Below the pieces are notes generated by a model that saw only the letters and a list, made by a program, of their open reading frames with translations, was not told the DNA's origin and made no database searches. Positions 55,374 to 64,000 of a DNA stretch of 64,000 nt are shown here, one piece after another (the stretch's first letter is position 1; every line of letters begins with the position of its first letter). Source of the stretch: Flavobacteriales bacterium (GTDB lineage: Bacteria; Bacteroidota; Bacteroidia; Flavobacteriales_F; PHOS-HE28); the NCBI GenBank assembly GCA_023957375.1, contig JAMLHB010000003.1, forward strand, positions 5,830 to 69,829. Direction: 5' to 3'. Position numbers and translations under genes: made by a program.

Positions 55374-56846
55374 ATGGCCCGCGACACCTCATACACCGTA
55401 GACGCTTCCCGCCTGCACGGCGTGCTGGACCAACCGCTCTTTGTGGCGGCCGCGAAGGTGGCCGAACGCATGGGCGTGAAGGCGTACACCATTGGCGGTT
55501 ATGTGCGCGACCTGCTGTTGGGCAAGCCTTGCAAGGACATCGACATCGTATGCGAAGCCGACGGCATTGCGTATGCCCAGGCCGTGGCGCAGGAATTGAA
55601 TGCGGGCCACGTGCATGTCTTCAAGAATTTCGGCACGGCCATGTTCATGCTGGGCGACGTGCAAGTTGAATTCGTGGGGGCGCGCAAGGAGAGTTACAGC
55701 CGCAACAGCCGCAAGCCGGAGGTGGTGCCCGGCACCATCCGCGACGACCAGGAGCGGCGCGACTTCACCATCAATGCCTTGGCCATCCCACTCAACGCGG
55801 AAGACCGCGGGCAGCTGGTCGACCCGTTCTACGGCGTGCACGACCTAGAGCGCGGCATCATCCGCACCCCGCTGGCACCGGACATTACCTTCAGCGACGA
55901 TCCGCTGCGCATGCTCCGTGCCATCCGCTTCGCCACGCAGTTGGGCTTCTTCATCGATGCGCCCACCTTCGAGGCCATCCAGCGGAATGCCGAACGCTTG
56001 GACATCATCAGTGCCGAGCGCATCCACACCGAGCTGAACAAGATCATCGGGGCACCGGTGCCCAGCATCGGCTTCAAGCTGCTCTTAGACAGCGGCCTGC
56101 TGGTGCGCTTCTTCCCCGAAATGGTCGACCTGCTGGGCGCGGAGGAAAAATTCGGCATCGGGCACAAAGACAACTTCTACCACACCATCCAGGTGCTGGA
56201 CAACGTGGCCAAGCACAGCGACGACCTGTGGCTGCGCTGGGCCGCCGTGCTGCACGACATCGCCAAGCCGCGCACCAAACGCTTCGAGCAGGGCCGCGGC
56301 TGGACCTTCCACGGGCATGAGGACAAGGGCGCGCGCATGGTGCCCGGCATCTTCCGCCGCATGAAGCTGCCCTTAGACGAGCAGATGCGCTTCGTGAAAA
56401 AGCTGGTGGCCCTGCACCTGCGCCCCATCGCCCTCACCAAGGAGGAAGTCACCGACAGCGCCGTGCGCCGCCTGCTCTTCGATGCCGGCGACGACATCGA
56501 CGCGCTGATGATCCTCTGCAAGGCGGACATCACCAGCAAGAACGAGGCCCGCAAGAAGCGCTACTTAGCCAACTACGAGCTGGTGCTGGAAAAGCTGAAG
56601 GAAGTGGAGGAAAAAGACCGTGTGCGCAACTTCCAGCCGCCCATCACCGGCGAGGACATCATGGGCGCCTTCAACATCCCGCCCTGCAAGGCCATCGGCG
56701 ACATCAAGACGGTGATCAAGGACGCGATCCTCGACGGCAGGATCCACAACGACCGCGCCGCCGCTTGGCCGTTGATGCTGGAGGAGGGGAAGAAGTTGGG
56801 GCTGACGGTGGTGAATGGGATGGAGGGGCCGGGGAGTAGTTCGTAG
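55374..56846 (+). CDS. cca: tRNA nucleotidyltransferase (CCA-adding enzyme/poly(A) polymerase family) with HD domain
   Basis: GGYVRDLLLGKPCKDIDIV (PolA head), RRDFTINAL, and HD motif HDIAKP. Confidence 0.8.
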   Translation: MARDTSYTVDASRLHGVLDQPLFVAAAKVAERMGVKAYTIGGYVRDLLLGKPCKDIDIVCEADGIAYAQAVAQELNAGHVHVFKNFGTAMFMLGDVQVEFVGARKESYSRNSRKPEVVPGTIRDDQERRDFTINALAIPLNAEDRGQLVDPFYGVHDLERGIIRTPLAPDITFSDDPLRMLRAIRFATQLGFFIDAPTFEAIQRNAERLDIISAERIHTELNKIIGAPVPSIGFKLLLDSGLLVRFFPEMVDLLGAEEKFGIGHKDNFYHTIQVLDNVAKHSDDLWLRWAAVLHDIAKPRTKRFEQGRGWTFHGHEDKGARMVPGIFRRMKLPLDEQMRFVKKLVALHLRPIALTKEEVTDSAVRRLLFDAGDDIDALMILCKADITSKNEARKKRYLANYELVLEKLKEVEEKDRVRNFQPPITGEDIMGAFNIPPCKAIGDIKTVIKDAILDGRIHNDRAAAWPLMLEEGKKLGLTVVNGMEGPGSSS

Positions 56847-56910
56847 TTCGGCGTTCGGAGTGCTCACACCACCAACCACGAACTACGCCCTAACAACGGA
56901 CAACTGGGAT
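56836..56910. repeat. GTAGTTCG repeat with inverted partner plus GGACAAC unit
   Basis: gtagttcgtagttcggcgttcgg ... cacgaactacgccctaacaacggacaactgg. Confidence 0.55.
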
Positions 56911-56951
56911 TCACCCCTATCTCAGGCTACTTTCGCACTTCATCCACAGCC

Positions 56952-57503
56952 ATGCTCATCTACCGTTTCCGTGTACTGATCGACGACGCCAGCGAAGCAT
57001 TTCGCGACATCGAGATCGGTTCGGGCCAATCCTTTTTGGAATTCCACCGGGCCATCAAGGAGGCTTTCGGCTTCACCAGCGATGAAATGGCCTGCTTCTA
57101 CGTGAGCGATGCGGAATGGAACAAGGGCATTGAGATCCCCTTGGCGGACATGGGCTTCGCCGAGGAAGGCAAGATGCCGTTGATGATGCATGAAGTGGAA
57201 GTGGGCGACCACATCCGCGACGCGGACCAGCGCTTCGTATATGCCTACGATTTCCTCACCATGTGGATGTTCTTAGTGGAACGCATCGGCACGGGCGACC
57301 CCGATCCCGCGCTCACCTATCCGCGCGTGGCCATGAGCGTGGGCAAGGCCCCCAGCGAACGATCGCGCAACGCCCTGCTCGGCATGGACCTGGAAGAAGA
57401 GGAGTTCAACGGTTCGCACGATGGTGACGACCCGTATGATGAGGATGACGAAGACGAGCACTACGGCGGCAGCATCGACGACTTGGGCGACGAATACCGA
57501 TGA
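56952..57503 (+). CDS. Hypothetical protein with acidic C-terminal tail (possibly pRiA4b ORF-3-like family)
   Basis: YRFRVLIDDA...FRDIEIGSGQSFLEFHRAIKEAFGF pattern. Weak assignment. Confidence 0.4.
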   Translation: MLIYRFRVLIDDASEAFRDIEIGSGQSFLEFHRAIKEAFGFTSDEMACFYVSDAEWNKGIEIPLADMGFAEEGKMPLMMHEVEVGDHIRDADQRFVYAYDFLTMWMFLVERIGTGDPDPALTYPRVAMSVGKAPSERSRNALLGMDLEEEEFNGSHDGDDPYDEDDEDEHYGGSIDDLGDEYR

Positions 57504-58408
57504 GCGGCGAGGGCCTGCTGGTGGTGATCGGCGGCCCCACGGCCAGCGGTAAAACGCACGTGGCCGCCACCTTGGCGAAGCACTTCGGCGCGGAGGTCAT
57601 CAGCGGCGATTCACGCCAGTTCTACCGCGCCATGCGCATCGGCACCGCACGGCCTGCGGAAGAAGAATTGCTGGGGGTAAAGCACCACTTCCTTGGCCAC
57701 TTGGAACTGAAGGAAACGTGGAGCGCCGGTGAATTCGCGCGGCAGGCGGAACCCGTGCTGCAAGAGATCTTGAAGCAACACGGCATCGCGGTGCTGGTGG
57801 GCGGCAGCGGCCTCTACTTGGATGCGCTCACCAACGGGCTGGATCCCATGCCACGGGTGGACCACGCCGTGCGCGAACGGCTCCAACACCGCTTTCAGCA
57901 ACAGGGCCTGCACGACCTTTTGAAAGAACTGGACCGCTTGGACCCGGCGATCTCCGGGGTCATCGATCGCCAAAATCCGCACCGCGTGATCCGCGCCTTG
58001 GAGGTGTGCATGGCCAGCGGCAGGCCGTACAGCGCCCAGCGCATCGGCCCGCGCCAGCGCGAGGACCTGCGCATCGTGCGCATCGCCCTGGACCTGCCGC
58101 GCGAGGAACTCTACGCCCGCATCGATGCCCGCGTGGACCGCATGGTCGCCGACGGCCTGGAGGAAGAAGCGCGTTCCCTCCTGCCCTACCGCGACCTCAA
58201 TGCCTTGCGCACCGTGGGCTACCGCGAATTCTTCGAGCACTTCGACGGGAAGACCGGCCGCGAAGAGGCCATTGAACGGATTAAGCAGCACACGCGCAAC
58301 TATGCCAAGCGGCAGTTGACGTGGATCCGCAGGGATCCGGCCTGGCAACGCCTTTCACCCGCTGCCGCAGATGCCCTCATCACCACCGTTCATTCCGCGC
58401 TTGGGTGA
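57500..58408 (+). CDS. miaA: tRNA dimethylallyltransferase
   Basis: P-loop GGPTASGKT, followed by SGDSRQFYR and the rest of the MiaA pattern. Confidence 0.9.
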   Translation: MSGEGLLVVIGGPTASGKTHVAATLAKHFGAEVISGDSRQFYRAMRIGTARPAEEELLGVKHHFLGHLELKETWSAGEFARQAEPVLQEILKQHGIAVLVGGSGLYLDALTNGLDPMPRVDHAVRERLQHRFQQQGLHDLLKELDRLDPAISGVIDRQNPHRVIRALEVCMASGRPYSAQRIGPRQREDLRIVRIALDLPREELYARIDARVDRMVADGLEEEARSLLPYRDLNALRTVGYREFFEHFDGKTGREEAIERIKQHTRNYAKRQLTWIRRDPAWQRLSPAAADALITTVHSALG

Positions 58409-58439
58409 TGGCAGTCCTGTAAATTGCCGTCCTTACACC

Positions 58440-58760
58440 ATGGCCAACAGCCGCCTTGCCCAGCTCCGTGCCATGCTCGTCGAAGAGCCGGGCGATCAAT
58501 TCCTACGCTATGCCATTGCCATGGAGAGCAAACGGGCCGGTAACACCGAAGGTGCCATGGCAGAGCTGGAAGCCTTGATCGCCGAGCACCCCAAATACCT
58601 GGCCTGCTATTACCAGTTGGCCCTGTTGTTGGCCTCACTGGACCGCGTACCGGAAGCCGTGGAAGCCTGCCGCGCCGGAGCCTTGCAGTCCCTAGTGGCC
58701 GGCGATGGAAGGGCGCGGGCCGAGCTGCTCGGTTTAGCCCAAGCCTTGGAGGTTGGTTGA
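58440..58760 (+). CDS. Small TPR-like protein
   Basis: Helical TPR-like repeats. Start chosen at MANSRLAQL. Confidence 0.4.
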   Translation: MANSRLAQLRAMLVEEPGDQFLRYAIAMESKRAGNTEGAMAELEALIAEHPKYLACYYQLALLLASLDRVPEAVEACRAGALQSLVAGDGRARAELLGLAQALEVG

Positions 58761-59701
58761 TGAAAAAGCGCATGCGGTTCGTATGGTGGGTTATAGCCCT
58801 GCCCATTGTTGCGCTGGCATCCATCGTGCCTTTCGCCTTCCCCTTCCTGGCCATCACGGAGCCAAGCGGCGCCCAAGTGCTGGTGGTGGAAGGCTGGATG
58901 GATCCCGGCGCCATGCAGGAAGCTGCGAAACTGGCGGTGGACAGCGGCTACGGGCAGATCTATACCACCGGCTCGGTACGGCCTTTCGCCTACCTGATGG
59001 GGTATGGCGACGGCATTGACATCGTGATGCACGACTCCGCACAGGGCCCCATTGAGCTGGAGGTAGTGGGCAACGCAGGCGCAGGGTTCGTTCTGATGGC
59101 CGGCGGCGATACCCTGCTCAACGCCGCAGTCGCCCTGGACCCGCGCAGGTTCACGGCGCAATGCAAGCGCCCCGTGGTGCAGTTCCGCTTTGCCGCATGG
59201 GAAAAGCCCGGCGCCCCCGGTCCTGCCCTGTTCATCCGTTCGTTCACCGTGGACGGCATGAACGTGAACTACCTCCAGTCTTCCTCCCGGTTCACGCATC
59301 CCGGTTCGCTGCCCACCGAAGCATGGCCCACCTATGCCCATTCGGCCCGCAGCGAACTGATCGGCATGGGGCTGCCCCCGGACCGGGTCACAGCAGTGCC
59401 CGCGTATGGCAAACCGCACAGCCGCAGCTGGGGCAACGCCCATGCCTTTGGGGAACTGGCCCGCAGGGACGGAATTACAGCCTTCGACGTGGCCACCAGC
59501 GGCGTGCATGCCCGCCGCTCGCGCAACTTGTTCCGCCAGGCCTGCGGTCCCGACGTGATGGTGGGCGTGATCGCCTTGGAAGACCCGTACTGCACCCGTC
59601 AAAATTGGTGGAAGAGCTTCCGCGGATGGTTCACCCTGCTGAAGGAGATAGTGGGCGCCCCTGAAGCCGAGGCGGTGGAGATCAAGCGCTTGGCCCGGTA
59701 A
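58757..59701 (+). CDS. Membrane-anchored DUF218 (SanA/YdcF/ElyC-like) family protein
   Basis: N-terminal TM, then VLVVEGW...IYTTGS, reminiscent of DUF218. Confidence 0.45.
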   Translation: MMKKRMRFVWWVIALPIVALASIVPFAFPFLAITEPSGAQVLVVEGWMDPGAMQEAAKLAVDSGYGQIYTTGSVRPFAYLMGYGDGIDIVMHDSAQGPIELEVVGNAGAGFVLMAGGDTLLNAAVALDPRRFTAQCKRPVVQFRFAAWEKPGAPGPALFIRSFTVDGMNVNYLQSSSRFTHPGSLPTEAWPTYAHSARSELIGMGLPPDRVTAVPAYGKPHSRSWGNAHAFGELARRDGITAFDVATSGVHARRSRNLFRQACGPDVMVGVIALEDPYCTRQNWWKSFRGWFTLLKEIVGAPEAEAVEIKRLAR

Positions 59702-59743
59702 AGCGAAACCCCGTGCCCCTGCGCATTTCGTACCTTCGCGGGC

Positions 59744-60259
59744 ATGAAAACAATAGGACGGCCCAAGGAGGGCGACTATCCGAGAGGACACCAGACCTAC
59801 GTGGACGAAGCGGTGGGCAACACACTGGCCGAGGCCTTCCGGCACGCCACCGAGGAAGAACAACGGATCATTGCCCGGGTGGGCGACAAGTGGGAATACC
59901 GCTATGCACCCGGAAAATGGACCATCAAGGAAAGCTTCCAGCACATCATCGACATCGAGCGGGCGTTCAGCTTCCGTGCCTTTGCCTTCGCGCGCGGCGA
60001 AAAAGCCGACCTGGCCGACATGAACGAAGATGCATACCAGGCCGAGGCGCGTACCGGCATTCGCAAGGTGGAGGACGTGCTCCGCGAGCTGAAGGCCGTG
60101 CGGAGCTCCACCGTGGAGCTGTTTGACGGCTTGGACGACCAAGCCTTGGCGCAAAGCGGTACCGTGCTGGGCCGGCGCTCCACCGTACCCGCCGTGGGCT
60201 GGGTGATCGCGGGGCACTCCGAACACCACCTGCGGGTGATCCGCGAGCGCTACTTGTGA
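59744..60259 (+). CDS. DinB/YfiT-like family protein
   Basis: Four-helix bundle with His triad pattern (H..D.E....H, GHSEHH). Confidence 0.55.
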   Translation: MKTIGRPKEGDYPRGHQTYVDEAVGNTLAEAFRHATEEEQRIIARVGDKWEYRYAPGKWTIKESFQHIIDIERAFSFRAFAFARGEKADLADMNEDAYQAEARTGIRKVEDVLRELKAVRSSTVELFDGLDDQALAQSGTVLGRRSTVPAVGWVIAGHSEHHLRVIRERYL

Positions 60260-60322
60260 AAACCGGACAGCCCGCATGGCATGCGGCGGACGGCTACCTT
60301 GCAGCACACAACACCACCAGCA

Positions 60323-60793
60323 ATGCCCACCCGCCGCGCCCTGCGCCTGTTTGAGGAGTACGCCCAAAGCCACCGCAACCCGTTGAACCTGCGGGTGCAC
60401 TGGATCGCGGTGCCGGTGATTTTTTTCTCCACCCTCGGCCTGCTGCATGCCGTGCCGGGCATGGATGCCAGCGTATACGGCACCGTTCAGGTGATCGACC
60501 TGGTGCTGGCGGCCGTGCTGCTGTACTATGCTAGCCTCTCCGTGGGCCTGGCCATCGGCATGGGGCTGTTCATCGTGTTGTGCGAATGGTTGATCGGCGA
60601 ACTGCGCTTCCATGCACCCTGGCCGCTTTGGGCCATCTGTAGCGTGCTGTTTGCCGGGGCTTGGACCGCACAGTTCCTCGGCCACCGGGTGGAGGGCAGG
60701 AAGCCCAGCTTCCTGAAGGACGTGCAGTTCCTGCTGGTGGGGCCGGCATGGCTACTGGCCAAGAGCTACAACCGCACGGGCATTCCCTACTGA
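60323..60793 (+). CDS. DUF962 (Mpo1-like) membrane protein
   Basis: FEEYAQSHRNPLNLRVHWIAVPVIFFS is the typical DUF962 start. Confidence 0.55.
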   Translation: MPTRRALRLFEEYAQSHRNPLNLRVHWIAVPVIFFSTLGLLHAVPGMDASVYGTVQVIDLVLAAVLLYYASLSVGLAIGMGLFIVLCEWLIGELRFHAPWPLWAICSVLFAGAWTAQFLGHRVEGRKPSFLKDVQFLLVGPAWLLAKSYNRTGIPY

Positions 60794-61920
60794 ACCGGCT
60801 TGAAGTACACTGGTTTGCGGCCGTCCCGCAGCGAGGGCCTGAAAATGCCGATCAGGTCCAACAGTACCACGTCCGGCTCCAGTCCCGCCTGGCCGAACAG
60901 GTCGCTCTCGGTGCTGTTGCCGTAAAACGCTCCGCCGTTCCGCAGGGCCGGCAGGGAAAGGATCCTGGCGTCGCCGCCCGCCACATCGGAAACGGTGGCC
61001 GGATGGTCCAATTCCAGGACACGCCCCCACCGGTCCGCCTTGCCCCCCTTGTTGATCACCGTTTCCAGGTCCACGTCCATGTTGCCTTCGGCATCACGGT
61101 CCGCGAACAGGTAACGGCCGCCGGCATCGGCGATCAAATGGGCCATGTAACTGTTGCCCGCCGGCACTGACCAGGTGCCCTGCCACGCACTTCCGAAGAA
61201 CACGTACGGCCCCCCGCCATCTTGCGGGACGGACGACCTGGCGGCGCCGTAGCGTTCGGTGATGCCGTTGAACAACTGCACGGCCTGCTCCTCTTTGCCG
61301 AGCAGCACCCCGAACGCCCGCACCCATTCCGCACGGCCCAGAGGATGGGGCTCCAAGTATTCGGCGATGGAGATCGGGAGAACAGCGCCCAGGGCAGGGC
61401 CCTTGGCCTCGGTACCGTACGGATAGGTGAACAGCGCTTCCGGGGAAAGGAGCATCAGCCGCTCACGGTCCAAACCGTCGGCGGTGGCGATCTCCGCCAC
61501 TTTCCCCGCCCGGGCACGCGCCGCCACCAGCGAGTCGCGCAAGCGCCCGGTGTAGGCACAACCCACGATGGCATCCGCGCTTCCCAAAGCGGTGATGAAC
61601 GAGGCGTGCGTGGTGCTCCAAAGCGCCACGCGTTCCAACGGTTGCCGCAACACCGCCGCCCCGTGCGGCACGGCTGCGGGTGCATTGGCCGTCGCAAGGA
61701 CGAACAGGCCCGTGGTGTCGCTGGTGCCCCCGGGCCCGAAGGTGAGCAACAGGCGTGCGTCGCCGTTCTTCCACAGTTGAAAGTATTCGGCATGCTGCAA
61801 AGGCAGTTGTTCCCATCCCGGCCAGCCTCCCGTACGGGGCGTTGCGGCACAACCGGCCCACAAAGCAACCAGGGCCGGTCCGGCAAGGGCCCAAGTAGCG
61901 GAGCGGAGAACGCTCCTCAT
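60787..61920 (-). CDS. ABC transporter periplasmic substrate-binding protein (TroA/siderophore-B12 type), lipoprotein
   Basis: Lipobox LWAGCAA. Two-lobed binding-protein pattern. Confidence 0.55.
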   Translation of the reverse strand: MRSVLRSATWALAGPALVALWAGCAATPRTGGWPGWEQLPLQHAEYFQLWKNGDARLLLTFGPGGTSDTTGLFVLATANAPAAVPHGAAVLRQPLERVALWSTTHASFITALGSADAIVGCAYTGRLRDSLVAARARAGKVAEIATADGLDRERLMLLSPEALFTYPYGTEAKGPALGAVLPISIAEYLEPHPLGRAEWVRAFGVLLGKEEQAVQLFNGITERYGAARSSVPQDGGGPYVFFGSAWQGTWSVPAGNSYMAHLIADAGGRYLFADRDAEGNMDVDLETVINKGGKADRWGRVLELDHPATVSDVAGGDARILSLPALRNGGAFYGNSTESDLFGQAGLEPDVVLLDLIGIFRPSLRDGRKPVYFKPVQ

Positions 61921-63374
61921 TGCATCTCTTCGATGAGCCTCAACAGGGCATCCCGTACCGAATCCTTGCCGTGGGCCAGGTCCACCGCCCTTTGGGGTAC
62001 GGCATAGCTGGGCATCTCGCCCCTGTTCGCCGCACCTTCGGGGCTTCCTTCCGGCACAAAGCGGGTCAGTGGCACGCGCAGCACGCAGCCCGTGTGCGGC
62101 AGCGTCACCTCAATGGTGCGCCCACCGCAGAAGCTGGAGGCATTGCTACCTGTCTCCTCACCCACGGTACGCGCCCTTCCGGTGCGCTTGGCCAGCATCA
62201 CAAAGGCGGCTGCCGCCCCGGTGGTCATCCCGTCACACAACACGTACACTTTGCCCGCGAACGCCTTTTCCAAGGGTTTGAGCGGCTTCAGGCGCGGATC
62301 TTCCGCCTTGAGCACCCTGCGCCCATTGGCCTCGGGCATGTACATGCCGTCCACTGAGGCAAAAAACTCCGGGGCTGGCACGGCATAGCGGTAGGAATCG
62401 GGCACACGCCCGCTGCGGATGGACATGGATTGCAGCACCCTGTACGTCCGTTGGGCAATGAGGCCGAACACCTGTTCGGCCATGCCGGGGTCCTGCCCAT
62501 GTGCCCCGCGCACGTCGATGACCAAGCTGGTGGCCCCCGACTTGCGCAAGGCGCCCATTACGGAGTTGAGGAAGCGCTCCGGATTGATCCGCTGCGCGGC
62601 CAGGTCCGCTTCTTCGAACGATGAAAGGGTCAGCCAGGCACAGCGGATATCGGGCAGTTCCTCCATGCGCCAAGCCTGAAGGTCGATGCCCTTGGGCTTG
62701 TACACCTGGCGCATCTCGTCCATGGTCATGGCAAAGACGTCCTGGGTGCCCCGGGTGCCGTCCGTAGTGCGGTAATCCACTTCAAACTTGTTCCCGGCCT
62801 CCACATGGCGGTGGTACATGGCGGGGAAGTTCCGTTCGATCCTCCGGTCCAGCAGGGTGGTGTCAGCCCCCTCGGGCACTTGGGCTCCGCGCAGCAGGGC
62901 CAAGATCTCCGTAGCTGGTCGGCCGTTGATCCGCACCACTTCGCAGGCCGTGGGCAGGCTGCGGAACCCCTTGAGCTCCTCATCCAAATAAACCCGTCCG
63001 CCGATCACCCGCACGGTGATCGGGATCAAGGGAACGGTGTGCGCATACAGGTCCTGCACCCCCAGGGGAGGTTCCAGGTTTGTGCCCGCATCGCCGATGG
63101 CTTTCAACACCGGCAGGCCTGCCCGGATGAATCCTTCCGCCGTCATGGGTGTGTCCATGGAGGCTGCGATGGCATCGAACAGCATGTCCAATTCGGTTTT
63201 CACCCGGTACCGGTACGGGTCCGGGTGGGCTTGCTCCAATGTTTGGCGCATGATCGCCAAGTCATCCCGCAGGTCGTCCGGATAGACCACGCGCTCCAGC
63301 GGCCCGTACTGGGCTGCAAGGCTTGCCCACAGGGGCAACGCGCACGTCAACAACCCGATCGCTCTCCTCCACAT
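61917..63374 (-). CDS. S41-family peptidase (C-terminal processing protease-like)
   Basis: Signal peptide. S41 catalytic region (SLVIDVRGAHGQDPG... K) with PDZ-like middle. Confidence 0.6.
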   Translation of the reverse strand: MWRRAIGLLTCALPLWASLAAQYGPLERVVYPDDLRDDLAIMRQTLEQAHPDPYRYRVKTELDMLFDAIAASMDTPMTAEGFIRAGLPVLKAIGDAGTNLEPPLGVQDLYAHTVPLIPITVRVIGGRVYLDEELKGFRSLPTACEVVRINGRPATEILALLRGAQVPEGADTTLLDRRIERNFPAMYHRHVEAGNKFEVDYRTTDGTRGTQDVFAMTMDEMRQVYKPKGIDLQAWRMEELPDIRCAWLTLSSFEEADLAAQRINPERFLNSVMGALRKSGATSLVIDVRGAHGQDPGMAEQVFGLIAQRTYRVLQSMSIRSGRVPDSYRYAVPAPEFFASVDGMYMPEANGRRVLKAEDPRLKPLKPLEKAFAGKVYVLCDGMTTGAAAAFVMLAKRTGRARTVGEETGSNASSFCGGRTIEVTLPHTGCVLRVPLTRFVPEGSPEGAANRGEMPSYAVPQRAVDLAHGKDSVRDALLRLIEEMQ

Positions 63375-63455
63375 GGCCAGTTTCCCTTCAACAAGACGAA
63401 AGTTAGTGATACCCGCACATCTTGGTGCAAGCATTCAAACTCCGGGCCGGAATGA

Positions 63456-64000
63456 TCAGGCTTTCACCTGGTTTCCGGGTTCGGCCGCCACGATCTCCGC
63501 GCTGGCGTTGTCCCGGTACTTGTTGAAGTTCGCCCGGAATGCGGCGGCCAGCTTGTCCGCCTGGGCGTCATAGGCCTGCTTGTCCTTCCATGTATTGCGC
63601 GGGTCGAGGATCTCCGCTGGCACATTGGGGCAACTGACGGGCATGTTCACGCCGAACACCGGGTGTTGGCGATAGGCCACCTGGTCCAATTCGCCGTGGA
63701 GGGCAGCAGTGATCATGGTGCGGGTATACTTGAGCTTCATGCGCTCACCAGTGCCGTAGGCGCCGCCGCTCCAACCCGTGTTCACCAGCCACACATGGAC
63801 GTTGTGCTTTTTCATCCGTTCGCCCAGCATGTCGGCATACTTGGTGGGGTGCAGGGGCAGGAAGGGCGCCCCGAAGCAGGCGCTGAAAACCGTCTTCGGT
63901 TCAGTGATACCGGCCTCGGTGCCGGCCACCTTGGCCGTGTAGCCGCTGAGGAACCAGTACATGGCCTGCCCGGCGTCCAGACGGCTGATGGGGGGCAGCA
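63456..64000 (-). CDS. pckA: Phosphoenolpyruvate carboxykinase (ATP), C-terminal part; the gene continues past the window end
   Basis: LSGYTAKVAGTE...FSACFGAPFLPLHP...VWLVNTGWSGGAYGTGERM is diagnostic of PckA. Confidence 0.9.
   Translation of the reverse strand, partial: LPPISRLDAGQAMYWFLSGYTAKVAGTEAGITEPKTVFSACFGAPFLPLHPTKYADMLGERMKKHNVHVWLVNTGWSGGAYGTGERMKLKYTRTMITAALHGELDQVAYRQHPVFGVNMPVSCPNVPAEILDPRNTWKDKQAYDAQADKLAAAFRANFNKYRDNASAEIVAAEPGNQVKA

Noticed and set aside
1-64000. rRNA or tRNA genes
   Set aside because: No GTTCGAATC-type T-loops with matching acceptor stems and no rRNA-like conserved blocks were seen in the intergenic regions.

Overview
This ~64 kb window is a high-GC chromosome segment that looks like a gliding Bacteroidota genome. 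Supporting evidence: gldE/gldD, two T9SS C-terminal sorting domains, bS22, and the rng-hup-mutY neighbourhood. Most of the window is housekeeping on both strands: prfB (5' partial), mutY, hup, rng, recX, ssb, gldE, gldD, ctaA, pyrC, def, ruvX, dapD, a czc/cus-like two-component + TolC-MFP-RND efflux locus, cca, miaA, a peptidase, and pckA (3' partial). No rRNA, tRNA or CRISPR array was recognised.

Three lower-GC accessory insertions stand out:
- A ~7 kb island at about 3.4-10.4 kb of six tightly packed, same-strand genes. It holds a small HNH endonuclease translationally coupled (ATGA overlaps) to two unknown proteins, the second a 2TM/coiled-coil membrane protein. These are followed by a WYL-domain regulator whose stop overlaps an 873-aa cytoplasmic histidine-kinase-like protein with a large uncharacterised N-terminal region, then a receiver protein ending in a cold-shock domain. 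I read this as a candidate undescribed defence/signalling module, reminiscent of Detocs-type two-component immunity plus an HNH/membrane-effector operon.
- A low-GC GNAT islet between an ArnC-like and an ArnT-like glycosyltransferase gene, with a triplicated ~105 bp 5' leader.
- A vapBC toxin-antitoxin cassette inserted at the 5' end of dapD, leaving a duplicated target fragment.

The window also carries unusual repeats: palindromic CCTCAGGGTC...GACCCTGAGG elements inserted in-frame into two glycosyltransferase genes (similar to Rickettsia palindromic elements); many intergenic 7-mer tandem arrays (GTTGTCR/GTAGGGC) paired with inverted copies; a perfect 27 bp inverted repeat between rng and recX; and ten tandem ~240 bp intragenic repeats in a T9SS adhesin. 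All functional calls come from translating the supplied ORFs and recognising motifs by eye; no searches were run.
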